From Bacteroidales bacterium (lineage in GTDB: Bacteria > Bacteroidota > Bacteroidia > Bacteroidales > GCA-2711565), in the NCBI GenBank assembly GCA_963675215.1, contig OY775914.1:3339181-3403180 (forward strand): a stretch of 64,000 bases of DNA, given 5' to 3'. Below the pieces are notes generated by a model. That model had not been told where the DNA came from. It saw only the letters and a program-made list of their open reading frames with translations, and did not search any database. Below, piece after piece: positions 27,397 to 38,074 of the stretch. Numbering within the stretch: position 1 is the stretch's first letter; each line of letters opens with the position of its first letter. The position numbers were made by a program, and so were the translations under genes.

Positions 27397-30300
27397 ATGA
27401 GAAAACTGAAATTGGTACTCATTTTACTTTGGTTCTTACCCATTTGGGGGCAGGCACAAAATATCTCCATCCGATTCCAACATCTCAGTGTTAATGAAGG
27501 ATTATCTCAAGCTACAATTACTGCTATAACGCAAGACAAATATGGGTTTATTTGGGTTGGAACTCAAGATGGATTAAATCGTTTTGAAGGTTACGATTTC
27601 AAAACTTTTAGGAATAATCAGCAAGATTCAAACTCAGTTTCTAGCAGTTATATTCTATCATTATTAACAGATAGTTATAAAAACATCTGGGTTGGTACGC
27701 AATTAGGGTTGGATCGTTACGACTATTTAACTGAACAATTTATTAAATACCCCATTACTAAGTCAAGTCAAAGCAAATCATCACATGAATCAATTAATGT
27801 AATTACAGAATCAGTAAGTAAACCAGGAATACTTTGGTTAGGAACCAATCATGGCATACTTGAATTTAACACGCAAACTTTTACATATTCTGAAGATCAT
27901 TACCATTTTCTTGACACCCTTGAACAACGACAGTATTTAATTAATGACATTTACGAATCGCCCAATGAACCCGGAATACTTTGGGTCGGATCATCTGATG
28001 GCCTGTTCAGAGTTAATAGCATCAATAAAAAAATTGAGCGCTATCTGGTCAGTGATGGATTGAGTGATAATTATATAAATTGCATTTATGAGGATTCATA
28101 TCAAAAATTATGGATCGGAACTGGTAACGGATTAAATGAATTTAACAGAAACACCGAAGCCTTTACCTTATACAAAAATAAAACAAATGATTCTCAAGGT
28201 TTAAGCAATGGGCACATAAGTGCAATTTATGAGGATAGTCGTCGAAATTTATGGATTGGAACACTCGGCGGTGGATTAAACAAATATAACAGAGACTTAA
28301 ATAATTTCACTAAATGGTTAAGCCAACCGGGAAATTCAACAACCATTAGTGGAAATAATATCTCAGCAATTTTTGAGGATCAATCTGGAATAATGTGGTT
28401 TTGCACAGAAGGCAACGGATTGAATAAGGTAAATCCAAATTATCAAAATATTGTTTATCATTATCATGATCCAAATAACCCGAATAGTTTAGTGGGTGAA
28501 AGAATCAGATCTGTTATAGTTGATAAGCAAAACCACCTCTGGATTGCTACCACCAATGGGATCAGTATTTATAATCCAAAAACAAAAAACTATTCACATT
28601 TGGTTCATCAGGATAATAACCCCAATACAATTGCCAGTAATTTGATTAGGGTGATTTATCAAGATCGTAAAGGTTTCATATGGATCGGTAGCAGAGACGG
28701 CGGACTTGATAAATATGACCCCGTAAAAAAACAATTCAGGAATTATAAAAATGATGTTAACGATAAAAATAGTTTAAGCAGTAATTATATCAGAGCGATT
28801 TTAGAAGATGAAGATGGAATGATATGGATCGGAACAGTCTTTGGTGGTTTGAATAGTTTTAATCCTAAAACTGAATTATTCACGCATTATTATCACGATG
28901 TGAATAATAAGAACAGCATAAATGACAATAGGATTTACGCGCTCTTTAAAGATAGTAAAGGTATACTCTGGTTAGGAACCGGCTCAGGAATAGCAAAATT
29001 TAACCCTGTCAGTAAAAATTTTGAACGAATTTTAAACGACCCATCAGATAGAAATAGTTTAAGCCCTGATCTAATCATGGGGATTTCGGAAGATCATTTG
29101 GGCAATATTTGGTTTGCCACTTATGGAGGAGGGATTAGCAAACTTAATCCAGAAAGTGGGAAATATAAACGTTATACCGAAACAGAAGGACTTGCCAATA
29201 ATGCTTCTTATATTGTCATTGAAGATAAGGATTACAACCTATGGATCAGCACCAACCTGGGGATATCTAAGCTTAATCCTGTCACCGAAAAATTTACAAA
29301 TTATGATATTGAAGATGGCTTGCAAGAAAGTGAATTTAATGCAGGGGCATACTATAAAGATGCGGCCGGTTATATTTATTTTGGAGGGGTGAATGGCCTA
29401 AATATTTTTGATCCCAGCAAACTTACGCAAAGCGAATATGTCCCACCCATTCTCATAACGGATTTCCAAATCTATAACAAAACTGTTAATCCCTTAGATT
29501 CGCTTAACGGAAAAATTATTCTATCAAAATCTATCCTCGAAACAGATACCATTATATTATCACACCAAGAAAATATCTTCTCTTTCAGTTTTGTTTCATT
29601 AGATTACTCTAATCCAAAAAAGAATAAATACACCTATATTCTTGAAAATTTTGAAAACAAATGGAATGATGCGGCTAAGCGAAGGTTTGCAAGCTACACA
29701 AACCTCTCACCCGGAGAATACGTTTTTAAAGTAAAGGGATCAAGCAGTTCAGGGATTTGGAACGAAGAGGCCCAGTCTGTAACTATTATTATTATTCCTC
29801 CATGGTGGAAAACAAAAACGTTCTATTTCCTATCCGCTATTGCCATTTTGTTAATCATTATTATTCTGTTTAGAACCAGATTGTATCAATTAAAGAAAGA
29901 TAAATCAAGGTTAACCAGAAGAGTAGAAGAGAGAACAAAAGAAATCCAACAAAAAAACAAAATCCTAGAGCAAAGTGAGGCTAAACTCCTTAATCAGAAG
30001 AAAGAAATCCAAAAAAGTGTAAATGAACTAAAAGAAGCCAATGCCACAAAAGATAAATTTTTTAACATCATCGCTCACGATTTAAAAAATCCATTTAATA
30101 TCATACAAGGTTATGCGGATATTTTAAAAACCGAATATGATAAATTCACTGATACAGAGCGAAAAAGAATGATAAATGAAATTGATCGTTCTTCAGAAAT
30201 TACTTTTCGTTTACTTGAAAACCTGTTAATGTGGTCACGTTCTCAACGGGGAAAAATAAAAATTATCAAAGAAAATACTGACCTTAACGATCTGGTTAGG

Positions 30301-30732
30301 GGAAGTATCAATCTTTACCAAGCTAACGCTAAAAATAAAAAGATAGCTGTAATTAACACTATTAATTCAAGCTTAATGCTTAACTGTGATAAATTTACCT
30401 TAAATACCATAATTGGAAATCTCCTCAACAATGCAATTAAATTTACACCTGAAAATGGAGAAATTAAAATTTCAGGCAGTGAGACGGAAAATCAAATTCA
30501 TCTTTCGATAAAAGATAATGGTGTTGGCATGACCGATGAAATAAAAACAAATCTTTTCAAGATTGATGAAGGATTAACCACTCTTGGCACAAACAATGAA
30601 AAAGGAACTGGCTTGGGACTAATTCTTTGTAAAGAATTTGTAGAAATGAACAACGGCACAATAACAGTTGAAAGCAAAGTTGGGAAAGGCACAACGATCA
30701 AACTATCGTTTAATAAAAGCCAAAAAGCCTGA
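27397..30732 (+). CDS. sensor histidine kinase with periplasmic two-component-regulator beta-propellers and Y_Y_Y domain
   Basis: Many 'W(I/V)GT..GL..(F/Y)' propeller repeats, one TM (FYFLSAIAILLIIIILF), HisKA 'IIAHDLKNP' and HATPase 'GTGLGLILCKEF'. No receiver or AraC domain. The ATG at 27397 is preferred to the TTG at 27376. Confidence 0.85.
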   Translation: MRKLKLVLILLWFLPIWGQAQNISIRFQHLSVNEGLSQATITAITQDKYGFIWVGTQDGLNRFEGYDFKTFRNNQQDSNSVSSSYILSLLTDSYKNIWVGTQLGLDRYDYLTEQFIKYPITKSSQSKSSHESINVITESVSKPGILWLGTNHGILEFNTQTFTYSEDHYHFLDTLEQRQYLINDIYESPNEPGILWVGSSDGLFRVNSINKKIERYLVSDGLSDNYINCIYEDSYQKLWIGTGNGLNEFNRNTEAFTLYKNKTNDSQGLSNGHISAIYEDSRRNLWIGTLGGGLNKYNRDLNNFTKWLSQPGNSTTISGNNISAIFEDQSGIMWFCTEGNGLNKVNPNYQNIVYHYHDPNNPNSLVGERIRSVIVDKQNHLWIATTNGISIYNPKTKNYSHLVHQDNNPNTIASNLIRVIYQDRKGFIWIGSRDGGLDKYDPVKKQFRNYKNDVNDKNSLSSNYIRAILEDEDGMIWIGTVFGGLNSFNPKTELFTHYYHDVNNKNSINDNRIYALFKDSKGILWLGTGSGIAKFNPVSKNFERILNDPSDRNSLSPDLIMGISEDHLGNIWFATYGGGISKLNPESGKYKRYTETEGLANNASYIVIEDKDYNLWISTNLGISKLNPVTEKFTNYDIEDGLQESEFNAGAYYKDAAGYIYFGGVNGLNIFDPSKLTQSEYVPPILITDFQIYNKTVNPLDSLNGKIILSKSILETDTIILSHQENIFSFSFVSLDYSNPKKNKYTYILENFENKWNDAAKRRFASYTNLSPGEYVFKVKGSSSSGIWNEEAQSVTIIIIPPWWKTKTFYFLSAIAILLIIIILFRTRLYQLKKDKSRLTRRVEERTKEIQQKNKILEQSEAKLLNQKKEIQKSVNELKEANATKDKFFNIIAHDLKNPFNIIQGYADILKTEYDKFTDTERKRMINEIDRSSEITFRLLENLLMWSRSQRGKIKIIKENTDLNDLVRGSINLYQANAKNKKIAVINTINSSLMLNCDKFTLNTIIGNLLNNAIKFTPENGEIKISGSETENQIHLSIKDNGVGMTDEIKTNLFKIDEGLTTLGTNNEKGTGLGLILCKEFVEMNNGTITVESKVGKGTTIKLSFNKSQKA

Positions 30733-30758
30733 CCCAAGAATAGAATCCCGAGTCAGGC
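30721..30758 (-). terminator. terminator-like hairpin for the minus-strand gntR-ABC operon, overlapping the 3' end of the + strand kinase gene
   Basis: gcctgac/gtcaggc 7-bp stem, followed on the minus strand by CTTTTTG. Confidence 0.5.
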
Positions 30759-30844
30759 AAAATAATTATATAATAATCCTAAGCGTAATAAGAGCCGTTA
30801 TCAACATTACTGCCCCTACAATGAGTATGGCAGCAAATATTTTA

Positions 30845-31240
30845 TTACTGGTTTTTTTCATCATCATTTTTATTTTGATTATTTAACTTCCATTTTTTAA
30901 ACATTTCTTCAAGGTCTTCAAACGTCAGGCCAATGAGTTGCATTTTCCTGTAAAACTCTGGCAACTCAACCTCTATAAATTGTTGTTTTATCATATCGAT
31001 CAAAATAGTTTTTGCATTAGGTGAAACAAAATAACCAATTCCTCTTTTATTATAAATTACCCCTGATTCTTGCAGGTGCGTATATGCCCGCATAACCGTA
31101 TTAGGGTTTACTTCTAATTCAATGGCCAGTTGCCTCACAGAGGGTACTTTCTCATCCGATTTCCATTGCTCTTCTAAAATATTATCACCAAAGTAATCTG
31201 CAATCTGCATATAAATCGCTTGCCTGTCTCTAAATTCCAT
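30845..31240 (-). CDS. GntR-family (YtrA-subfamily) transcriptional regulator
   Basis: 'PSVRQLAIELEVNPNTVMRAYTHLQESGVIYNKRGIGYFV' winged helix with a short C-terminal tail. Confidence 0.85.
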   Translation of the reverse strand: MEFRDRQAIYMQIADYFGDNILEEQWKSDEKVPSVRQLAIELEVNPNTVMRAYTHLQESGVIYNKRGIGYFVSPNAKTILIDMIKQQFIEVELPEFYRKMQLIGLTFEDLEEMFKKWKLNNQNKNDDEKNQ

Positions 31241-31241
31241 C

Positions 31242-32075
31242 TTATACCTCCCGTTCTTTAAGTTTAAAATAAGCGGTCACATAAAAAGCTGTACTCACAA
31301 GAAACATCATTAAGCGCCAAAAATATCTGATCCTGTAACCCATTGTTTCAATCACTTCACCTTTATAAATTATTCGATCAACAAACCAATCTTTATCTGC
31401 AAGCAAATTACCCAGTGACTCCATGGCTTCACCAAAATTCTCCATTGAGCCAAATAGGATAACGATAACAATTAGTGCCAATAAAGAAAATGACCATTGC
31501 AAAACAGTTAGGCTGATCAATGTTTTTACGATGGGATATCTTTTAAAAGTTGCAGCTCCTAATAGAAAAGTTGAATGCACGAGAATGATGGCTAATGTTA
31601 TTTCAAAAAGAAATGGTATTTTGAATATCTCTGAAGCATAGAAAATCTGAAAATCATATCCAAATGAACATGACCATGCACAATTAAATATCAGACTAAA
31701 AAGGTGATAGCTCACAAAACTAAATACCAACCAAATAATGGAAGTTGATATCATGGGTAAAATAAACTTTTCAAAAGTAGATGCAGGAATTAATATTTGA
31801 CCAATTGATCGTTCAGGAGTATTCATATCCTGAAATGACCTACTCGCCAATAAAACACATCCCAATAACATCATAATTGATATTGAAATATAATGAAAGG
31901 TCTCGTAAAAGGAAAACTCTTCGGTATTATTTCGGCCTGCGTACGCAATAAAAAACCCAATAATTAAAAGCAAACCAAAATATCCTAAAACACTCATCAT
32001 GAGTACCTTTTTATGCAGATTAAACTTTAACCTGGCTAACAAAACTATTCTTTTAAAATCATATACCTGGTTCAT
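31242..32075 (-). CDS. polytopic membrane protein, putative permease partner of the ABC ATPase
   Basis: 277 aa, about 6 TM. Lies between the ABC ATPase and the GntR gene with 1-3 nt spacers. Confidence 0.7.
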   Translation of the reverse strand: MNQVYDFKRIVLLARLKFNLHKKVLMMSVLGYFGLLLIIGFFIAYAGRNNTEEFSFYETFHYISISIMMLLGCVLLASRSFQDMNTPERSIGQILIPASTFEKFILPMISTSIIWLVFSFVSYHLFSLIFNCAWSCSFGYDFQIFYASEIFKIPFLFEITLAIILVHSTFLLGAATFKRYPIVKTLISLTVLQWSFSLLALIVIVILFGSMENFGEAMESLGNLLADKDWFVDRIIYKGEVIETMGYRIRYFWRLMMFLVSTAFYVTAYFKLKEREV

Positions 32076-32078
32076 AGC

Positions 32079-32918
32079 TTAATTTTTTAGATGTTCAACA
32101 ATTTCGTTTTGCTTACTCAAAACTGCATTAAATAACAGTTCGAAATCAATCGGTGATTCATGATCATCACTTCGCTCTGTGAGTAAGTATTTTCCTCCAA
32201 AAATAGGTTCGCTATAAAGTACGTTAATACCTTCCGGAGCTTTCTCATGCACCTTTATAAAGCTGAGTTTGTTCGAAATATTTTCAATACTTTCCTGAAA
32301 AACAATTTTTCCTGACTCAATAATTACCAATGGATCAATGAGGTTTTCAAGGTCTCTTACCTGATGAGTTGAAATAATAAAAGTTCGATCTTCATTGGCA
32401 GTTGAAGCTATAATTTTCCGGAATTTACTTTTTGAAGGAATGTCCAGGCCATTGGTTGGTTCATCCATAAACACAACTGAGCAATTGGTTGCAATTGAAA
32501 AAGAAACGATGAATTTTTTCTTTTGTCCGTGCGACAATTTGTTTAGCTTCTTACCTCTGGTAACTTCAAATTCAGTAATCAATTCTTCAAATAATTTGTG
32601 ATCGAATTTGGGATAGAATGGTGAAACATTTGCGACATACGCTTCTAAGGTAAAATCAGGTAAATAAAACTCTTCAGGTATTAAATAAATATCCTGTAGC
32701 ATTTTAGGGCTTCGCTTCGAAACATCTTCACCATTTATTTCCAGTTCACCTTTTTGAGTATAGAGTAAACCACACATAAGTTTTAAAAGGGTTGATTTAC
32801 CGGCTCCATTTTTACCTAGTAAGCCGTAAATGCTTCCTTTAGCGATATCCAGTTCGAGCTTATCAAATAATAAGCCACTTTTAGGATAACCAAAATCAAG
32901 ATTTTTAATTGATAACAT
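32079..32918 (-). CDS. ABC transporter ATP-binding protein
   Basis: Walker A 'GKNGAGKST', signature 'LSHGQKKK', Walker B 'VFMDEPTNGLD'. Confidence 0.9.
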   Translation of the reverse strand: MLSIKNLDFGYPKSGLLFDKLELDIAKGSIYGLLGKNGAGKSTLLKLMCGLLYTQKGELEINGEDVSKRSPKMLQDIYLIPEEFYLPDFTLEAYVANVSPFYPKFDHKLFEELITEFEVTRGKKLNKLSHGQKKKFIVSFSIATNCSVVFMDEPTNGLDIPSKSKFRKIIASTANEDRTFIISTHQVRDLENLIDPLVIIESGKIVFQESIENISNKLSFIKVHEKAPEGINVLYSEPIFGGKYLLTERSDDHESPIDFELLFNAVLSKQNEIVEHLKN

Positions 32919-33160
32919 ATTTATTGTATTAGTGTATTACTTTATTAGTACACTGCAAATGTATATTCTGATTTTAGAAAATCCAAATTTTTTTATCATT
33001 ATTTTCAATTTATTTTTTTGCTATTTCCAAATCCCTTTATTTTCAAAGCTTTCTAACGCATTCATTTTTTAGCCAAACATGAGTAATTAACAACTTTTCA
33101 ACAAGGGGTGATAAACTAAATCAAATGAATTAGATTTACTTCTCATTTAAAACTACAATA

Positions 33161-34564
33161 ATGGGCGGATTTTTTGGTACAATTTCAACTTCAGATTGCG
33201 TTAAAGATTTATACTACGGAACAGATTACCATTCTCACTTAGGAACAAAGAGAGGTGGCTTGGCTGTTGTAAACGACAATATTTTTACCAAGGCTATTCA
33301 CAGTTTGGAGAATTCTTATTTCAGAACAAAATTCGAACCTGAATTACCTAAGTTTTTTGGGAACAGTGGAATTGGAATTATTAGTGATACTGAATCTCAA
33401 CCTATTGTTATTAATTCGCACCTGGGCAAATTTGCCATTGTAACAGTAAGTAAGATAGCTAATATTGATGAGTTAACTCAGCGTGCCATTGATCGAAAAG
33501 ATCATTTTGCAGAAGCCGGAAGTGGTAAAACCAGTCCAAGTGAATTAGTGGCTATGCTAATTAATGAGAAAGACACCATTGAAGAAGGCATCGAAAATGT
33601 ACAGAATTTGGTAAAAGGATCATGTTCACTCTTACTTTTAACACAGGACGGAATTTTTGCTGCCCGCGATAAGTTAGGGCGCACACCTATCATCATTGGA
33701 AAAAAAGTGGGGGCTTTTGCAGCCTGTTCAGAATCTAGCTCCTTTTTAAATCTCGGCTATGAAATTGATCACTACGTTGGCCCAGGAGAAATCCTCTTTA
33801 TAACAGCCGACAAATATGAACAAAAACGTAAACCTAATAAAGAAATGCAGGTTTGTGCATTTTTATGGGTTTATTACGGATATCCCAGCTCCTATTATGA
33901 GGGGATAAATGTGGAAGATGCACGTTATCGATGTGGGGCAGCTTTGGCTCGAAATGACGATAAAGAAGTTGATTTTGTTTCAGGTGTGCCCGATTCAGGA
34001 ATAGCCCACGCTATTGGTTATTCGAATGAGAAACAAATACCATACAAGAGAGCTTACGTAAAATATACACCTACCTGGCCACGAAGTTTTATGCCTCAAA
34101 ATCAGGAAATGAGGAATTTGGTCGCGAAAATGAAATTGATTCCGAATACAGCTTTAACCAAAGACAAAAAGATTGCTTTACTTGATGACTCCATTGTTAG
34201 AGGTACACAATTACAAGACAATGTTCAGGTTTTGATGAAATCCGGAGCCAAAGAGGTTCATGTCCGACCAGCATGCCCTACATTGGTATATCCTTGTGAA
34301 TTTTTGAACTTTTCAACTTCTCGATCAACACTGGATTTGGCAGGAAGAAAAGCCATTAAAGAAATTGAAGGTGTCGAAGATGCTAATCTGAAAGCGTATG
34401 CCGATCCCGACTCACCAAAATGTGCTGCCATGGTTGAGAAAATAAGAGAGAAGATGGATGTGACATCCTTAAGATTTCAGCGGCTTGATGATTTGGTAAA
34501 AGCCATAGGTTTACCTAAAAATAAACTTTGTACCCATTGTTGGGATGGAAGTAGTCATTTCTAA
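33161..34564 (+). CDS. amidophosphoribosyltransferase-like protein (PurF paralogue lacking the N-terminal Cys nucleophile)
   Basis: Class-II amidotransferase-like N-half beginning MGGFFG; PRPP-binding loop 'IALLDDSIVRGTQL'. Confidence 0.75.
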   Translation: MGGFFGTISTSDCVKDLYYGTDYHSHLGTKRGGLAVVNDNIFTKAIHSLENSYFRTKFEPELPKFFGNSGIGIISDTESQPIVINSHLGKFAIVTVSKIANIDELTQRAIDRKDHFAEAGSGKTSPSELVAMLINEKDTIEEGIENVQNLVKGSCSLLLLTQDGIFAARDKLGRTPIIIGKKVGAFAACSESSSFLNLGYEIDHYVGPGEILFITADKYEQKRKPNKEMQVCAFLWVYYGYPSSYYEGINVEDARYRCGAALARNDDKEVDFVSGVPDSGIAHAIGYSNEKQIPYKRAYVKYTPTWPRSFMPQNQEMRNLVAKMKLIPNTALTKDKKIALLDDSIVRGTQLQDNVQVLMKSGAKEVHVRPACPTLVYPCEFLNFSTSRSTLDLAGRKAIKEIEGVEDANLKAYADPDSPKCAAMVEKIREKMDVTSLRFQRLDDLVKAIGLPKNKLCTHCWDGSSHF

Positions 34565-34609
34565 TGATAAGCTCCTGAAAAATATTTTATATCTTTCCTG
34601 ATTATTAAT

Positions 34610-34625
34610 ATTAACCATGGTTAAT
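34610..34625. promoter_or_regulatory. perfect 16-bp palindrome ATTAACCATGGTTAAT upstream of the tricorn-like protease gene
   Basis: The sequence is self-complementary with no loop, which fits a dimeric-protein operator better than a hairpin. Confidence 0.4.
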
Positions 34626-34771
34626 GACTATCACCACAAAGAAGTGTGCGTCAATATCATGTTTTTTAATCAAACCTTTTATATGAAACTTGCATATCTG
34701 ATTATTCCATACAAGGATAAATCCCATACTTGCATATTTCATCAAATTCATTTAATAAAAACCATTCTCAG

Positions 34772-37700
34772 ATGAAAACACTACTTAAATTAAGCATTTT
34801 GCTGTTGGTCATCAATACTTCAGTATTTGGCCAGGGCACACAATTATTAAGGCAACCTACCATTTCTTCAGAAAGCATCGTTTTTGTTTACGCGAATGAT
34901 CTTTGGAAAGTTGATCGAAATGGAGGAGAAGCCATGCGTTTAACAACTAATGAAGGAGCCGAATCTGATCCCCATTTTTCGCCGGATGAAAAATGGATCG
35001 CTTTTACAGGACAGTATGGCGGAAATACAGATGTTTTTGTAATTCCTTCCGAAGGTGGTTCACCAGAAAGATTGACATGGCATCCAGGTGCAGACATAGT
35101 ACAAGGATGGACCCCCGAAGGAGAAATCATGTTCAGATCTTCAAGAGAAGGCAAACCTACACTAACCAATAAATTTTATAAAGTCGGACTTAATGGCGGA
35201 TTACCTGTGGCTATTGATATTCCACGAGCCGCTTACGGTGAAATTTCTCCTGATGGAAAATATATTGCTTACACCCCAATTACAGGATGGGATCCGGAAT
35301 GGAGAAACTATCGTGGTGGTCAGGCTATGCCAATCTGGATTGTCGATATGGCAACCAAAGACCTGATACGCACACCACAGCCAACTCAGGAGCGCCATTT
35401 AGATCCCGTTTGGTTTCAAAACAAAGTTTATTACTTATCAGAAAGAGATTATGCCAGTAATATCTGGTCATTCGATCCTACTACAAAAGCTGAGGCACAA
35501 ATTACACATCACATGAAGTTTGATGTTAAAAGTTTAGATGCCTGCAAGGATGCCATTGTTTATGAACAAGGTGGATACCTTCATTTAATCACCGAAAATT
35601 CGACTGAAGCTAAACAGCTAAATATTGAAGTTAAGGGTGATATGAATTTCGCAATCACGCGATGGGAAAATGTTCCTTCTTCAGGATTAACTAATGCCAA
35701 CATTTCTCCTAATGGTAAACGAGCTATTTTTGAGCATAGGGGTGAAATTTTTACAATTCCTAAAGAAGAGGGAAGTTGGAGAAACTTAAGCAATAGTTCA
35801 GGAGTAGCAGACCGTTCTCCAATCTGGTCTCCGAAAGGTGATCAGGTTGCATGGTTTTCAGATGCAAGTGGAGAATACCAATTGATGATAGCAGATCAAT
35901 TTGGAAATAACGTACGACAAATCAAACTCCCAAACCCAACTTTTTATTTTGTACCCGATTGGTCACCTGATGGAAAGTATATTGCTTATACTGATACTGA
36001 CTACAATATCTGGATTTTGGATATAAAAAGCGGAAAAGCTAAAAAAGCTGACACCGATCGTTTTGCACATCCAAACAGAGCAATGAATCCGGTTTGGTCG
36101 CCAGACAGTAAATGGATTGTTTATTCACGCCAACTTGAAAATAGTTTTAAAGCAGCCTTTGTTTATAATGTTGAAACTGAAGAAAGACTTCAACTCACTG
36201 ATGGAATGGCTGATGTTGTAACACCGGTTTGGGATAAAAGTGGTAAATATTTATATTTCTTATCAAGTACCAATTATGGATTACAAACGGGTTGGCTGGA
36301 CATGAGTTCTTATGATCCAAGTGCGACATATAATTTATATTGCATGATATTGGATGAAGGTGTTCCTTCTCCATTACTTGCAAAAAGTGATGATGAAGAA
36401 GCGGCTAAGGAGGCTAAAGTAGAACCCGCGGATGCAGATTCAAAAAAATCTAAAAATGCTAAAAAGGATGATAATCCTAAAGCTGATAAAAAAACCATTG
36501 AAGTAAAAATCAGCACCACAAATCTTGCAAAAAGAATTATTGCATTAAACATGCCAGCCCGGAATTATCCGGCATTGGTAGCAGGTCCTGAAAATTCAGT
36601 TTTCGTTTTGGAAGGAATTGCAAATGAGCGCGGTTTAACAATGCATAAATACGATCTAACTAAAGATAAAGCAAGTGAATTTCTTACCGGAATAACTTCG
36701 GTTACAAGTTCTACTGATGGAAATAATCTATTGTACCGATCAGGACAATCATGGAGTATTGTTGATACTAAAAGTAAACCAAAAAAAGGTGATGGCGCAT
36801 TAAAGCTCGACCTAAAAATTAAAATTGATCCTCAAGCCGAATACCGACAAATTTTTAAAGAAGGCTGGCGATACATGCGCGATTTCCTATATGTTGAAAA
36901 TGTGCACGGTGCCCCCTGGGATGATATTTTTGATTGGTATTCACCATGGATTGACCACGTGCGACATCGTACAGATTTAAATTATGTGGTAGATATTATC
37001 AGTGGTGAAGTAGCCATTGGTCACTCCTACGTTTCCGGTGGTGATATGCCGGATTTAGATTTCGTACCAGTAGGTTTACTTGGTTGTGATTTAGTGGAAG
37101 AAAATGGCTATTATAAAATTACCAAGATTTACACAGCTGAAAGTTGGAATCCAGGTATGGTTGCTCCACTTGACATTCCAGGAATTAAAGTTAAAGAAGG
37201 TGACTATTTGCTTGCTGTAAATGGCAAAGCCTTGAAAGCTCCAACCAATCCTTACAGTTTATTTGAACAAACAGCAGGTATTCAAACTAAAATTACTGTA
37301 AACGCAACTCCCGACATGAGCACAGCCAAAGAAATAACCGTTGAACCAATTAGCAGAGATGGAGGCTTACGTAATATTGAATGGGTAGAAAGTAATCGAA
37401 GAATGGTTGATAAATTATCGGGTGGTAAGCTTGCTTATGTTTATGTGCCAAATACCAGTAATCCGGGCTTCACCTCATTCAATCGATATTATTTTGCACA
37501 ACAAGATAAAAAAGGGGTCATTATAGACGAAAGAAACAATGGTGGTGGATCTGCTGCTGACTATATGATGGACATCATGCTAAGACCACTTTATGGATAT
37601 TTCAACAGTGCAGCAAACGATAGAAGGCCTTGGACAACTCCAATGGCCGGTATCTGGGGACCAAAAGTGATGATCATTAACGAAAGAGCCGGCTCGGGTG

Positions 37701-38056
37701 GAGATTTATTTCCATACATGTTTAAAAAAGCCAAATTAGGACCAATGGTCGGAACCCGAACCTGGGGCGGATTAGTTGGAACCTGGGATACGCCAAGATT
37801 TATTGATGGTGGAAGAATGGTGGCGCCTCGAGGTGGATTTTATGATACAGATGGTAACTGGGCTGTTGAAGGCGTTGGCGTCACTCCTGATATTGAAGTG
37901 ATTCAAGAACCCAAATTATTATTGCAAGGGATTGATCCACAATTGGTGAAAGCAGTGGAAACGGCCATGGAACTATTAAAAGATAATGAATTCCAACTTA
38001 AGCCTGAACCTAAAGCACCAATCCGTTCATTAAGACCTAAAGGTTTTAAAAAATAG
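34772..38056 (+). CDS. tricorn protease homologue (PD40 propellers + PDZ + S41 peptidase)
   Basis: Signal peptide at MKTLLKLSILLLVINTSVFG; repeated 'SPDGK(Y/W)IA(F/Y)' blades; C-terminal 'DERNNGGGSAADY' and 'NERAGSGGDLFP' S41-type motifs. Confidence 0.85.
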   Translation: MKTLLKLSILLLVINTSVFGQGTQLLRQPTISSESIVFVYANDLWKVDRNGGEAMRLTTNEGAESDPHFSPDEKWIAFTGQYGGNTDVFVIPSEGGSPERLTWHPGADIVQGWTPEGEIMFRSSREGKPTLTNKFYKVGLNGGLPVAIDIPRAAYGEISPDGKYIAYTPITGWDPEWRNYRGGQAMPIWIVDMATKDLIRTPQPTQERHLDPVWFQNKVYYLSERDYASNIWSFDPTTKAEAQITHHMKFDVKSLDACKDAIVYEQGGYLHLITENSTEAKQLNIEVKGDMNFAITRWENVPSSGLTNANISPNGKRAIFEHRGEIFTIPKEEGSWRNLSNSSGVADRSPIWSPKGDQVAWFSDASGEYQLMIADQFGNNVRQIKLPNPTFYFVPDWSPDGKYIAYTDTDYNIWILDIKSGKAKKADTDRFAHPNRAMNPVWSPDSKWIVYSRQLENSFKAAFVYNVETEERLQLTDGMADVVTPVWDKSGKYLYFLSSTNYGLQTGWLDMSSYDPSATYNLYCMILDEGVPSPLLAKSDDEEAAKEAKVEPADADSKKSKNAKKDDNPKADKKTIEVKISTTNLAKRIIALNMPARNYPALVAGPENSVFVLEGIANERGLTMHKYDLTKDKASEFLTGITSVTSSTDGNNLLYRSGQSWSIVDTKSKPKKGDGALKLDLKIKIDPQAEYRQIFKEGWRYMRDFLYVENVHGAPWDDIFDWYSPWIDHVRHRTDLNYVVDIISGEVAIGHSYVSGGDMPDLDFVPVGLLGCDLVEENGYYKITKIYTAESWNPGMVAPLDIPGIKVKEGDYLLAVNGKALKAPTNPYSLFEQTAGIQTKITVNATPDMSTAKEITVEPISRDGGLRNIEWVESNRRMVDKLSGGKLAYVYVPNTSNPGFTSFNRYYFAQQDKKGVIIDERNNGGGSAADYMMDIMLRPLYGYFNSAANDRRPWTTPMAGIWGPKVMIINERAGSGGDLFPYMFKKAKLGPMVGTRTWGGLVGTWDTPRFIDGGRMVAPRGGFYDTDGNWAVEGVGVTPDIEVIQEPKLLLQGIDPQLVKAVETAMELLKDNEFQLKPEPKAPIRSLRPKGFKK

Positions 38057-38074
38057 AATCTCGATTTTTTTTAA

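Noticed and set aside
30668-30886. 72-aa + strand ORF spanning the convergent gene junction
   Set aside because: It overlaps the 3' ends of two well-supported genes and a terminator hairpin, and the peptide is low-complexity.
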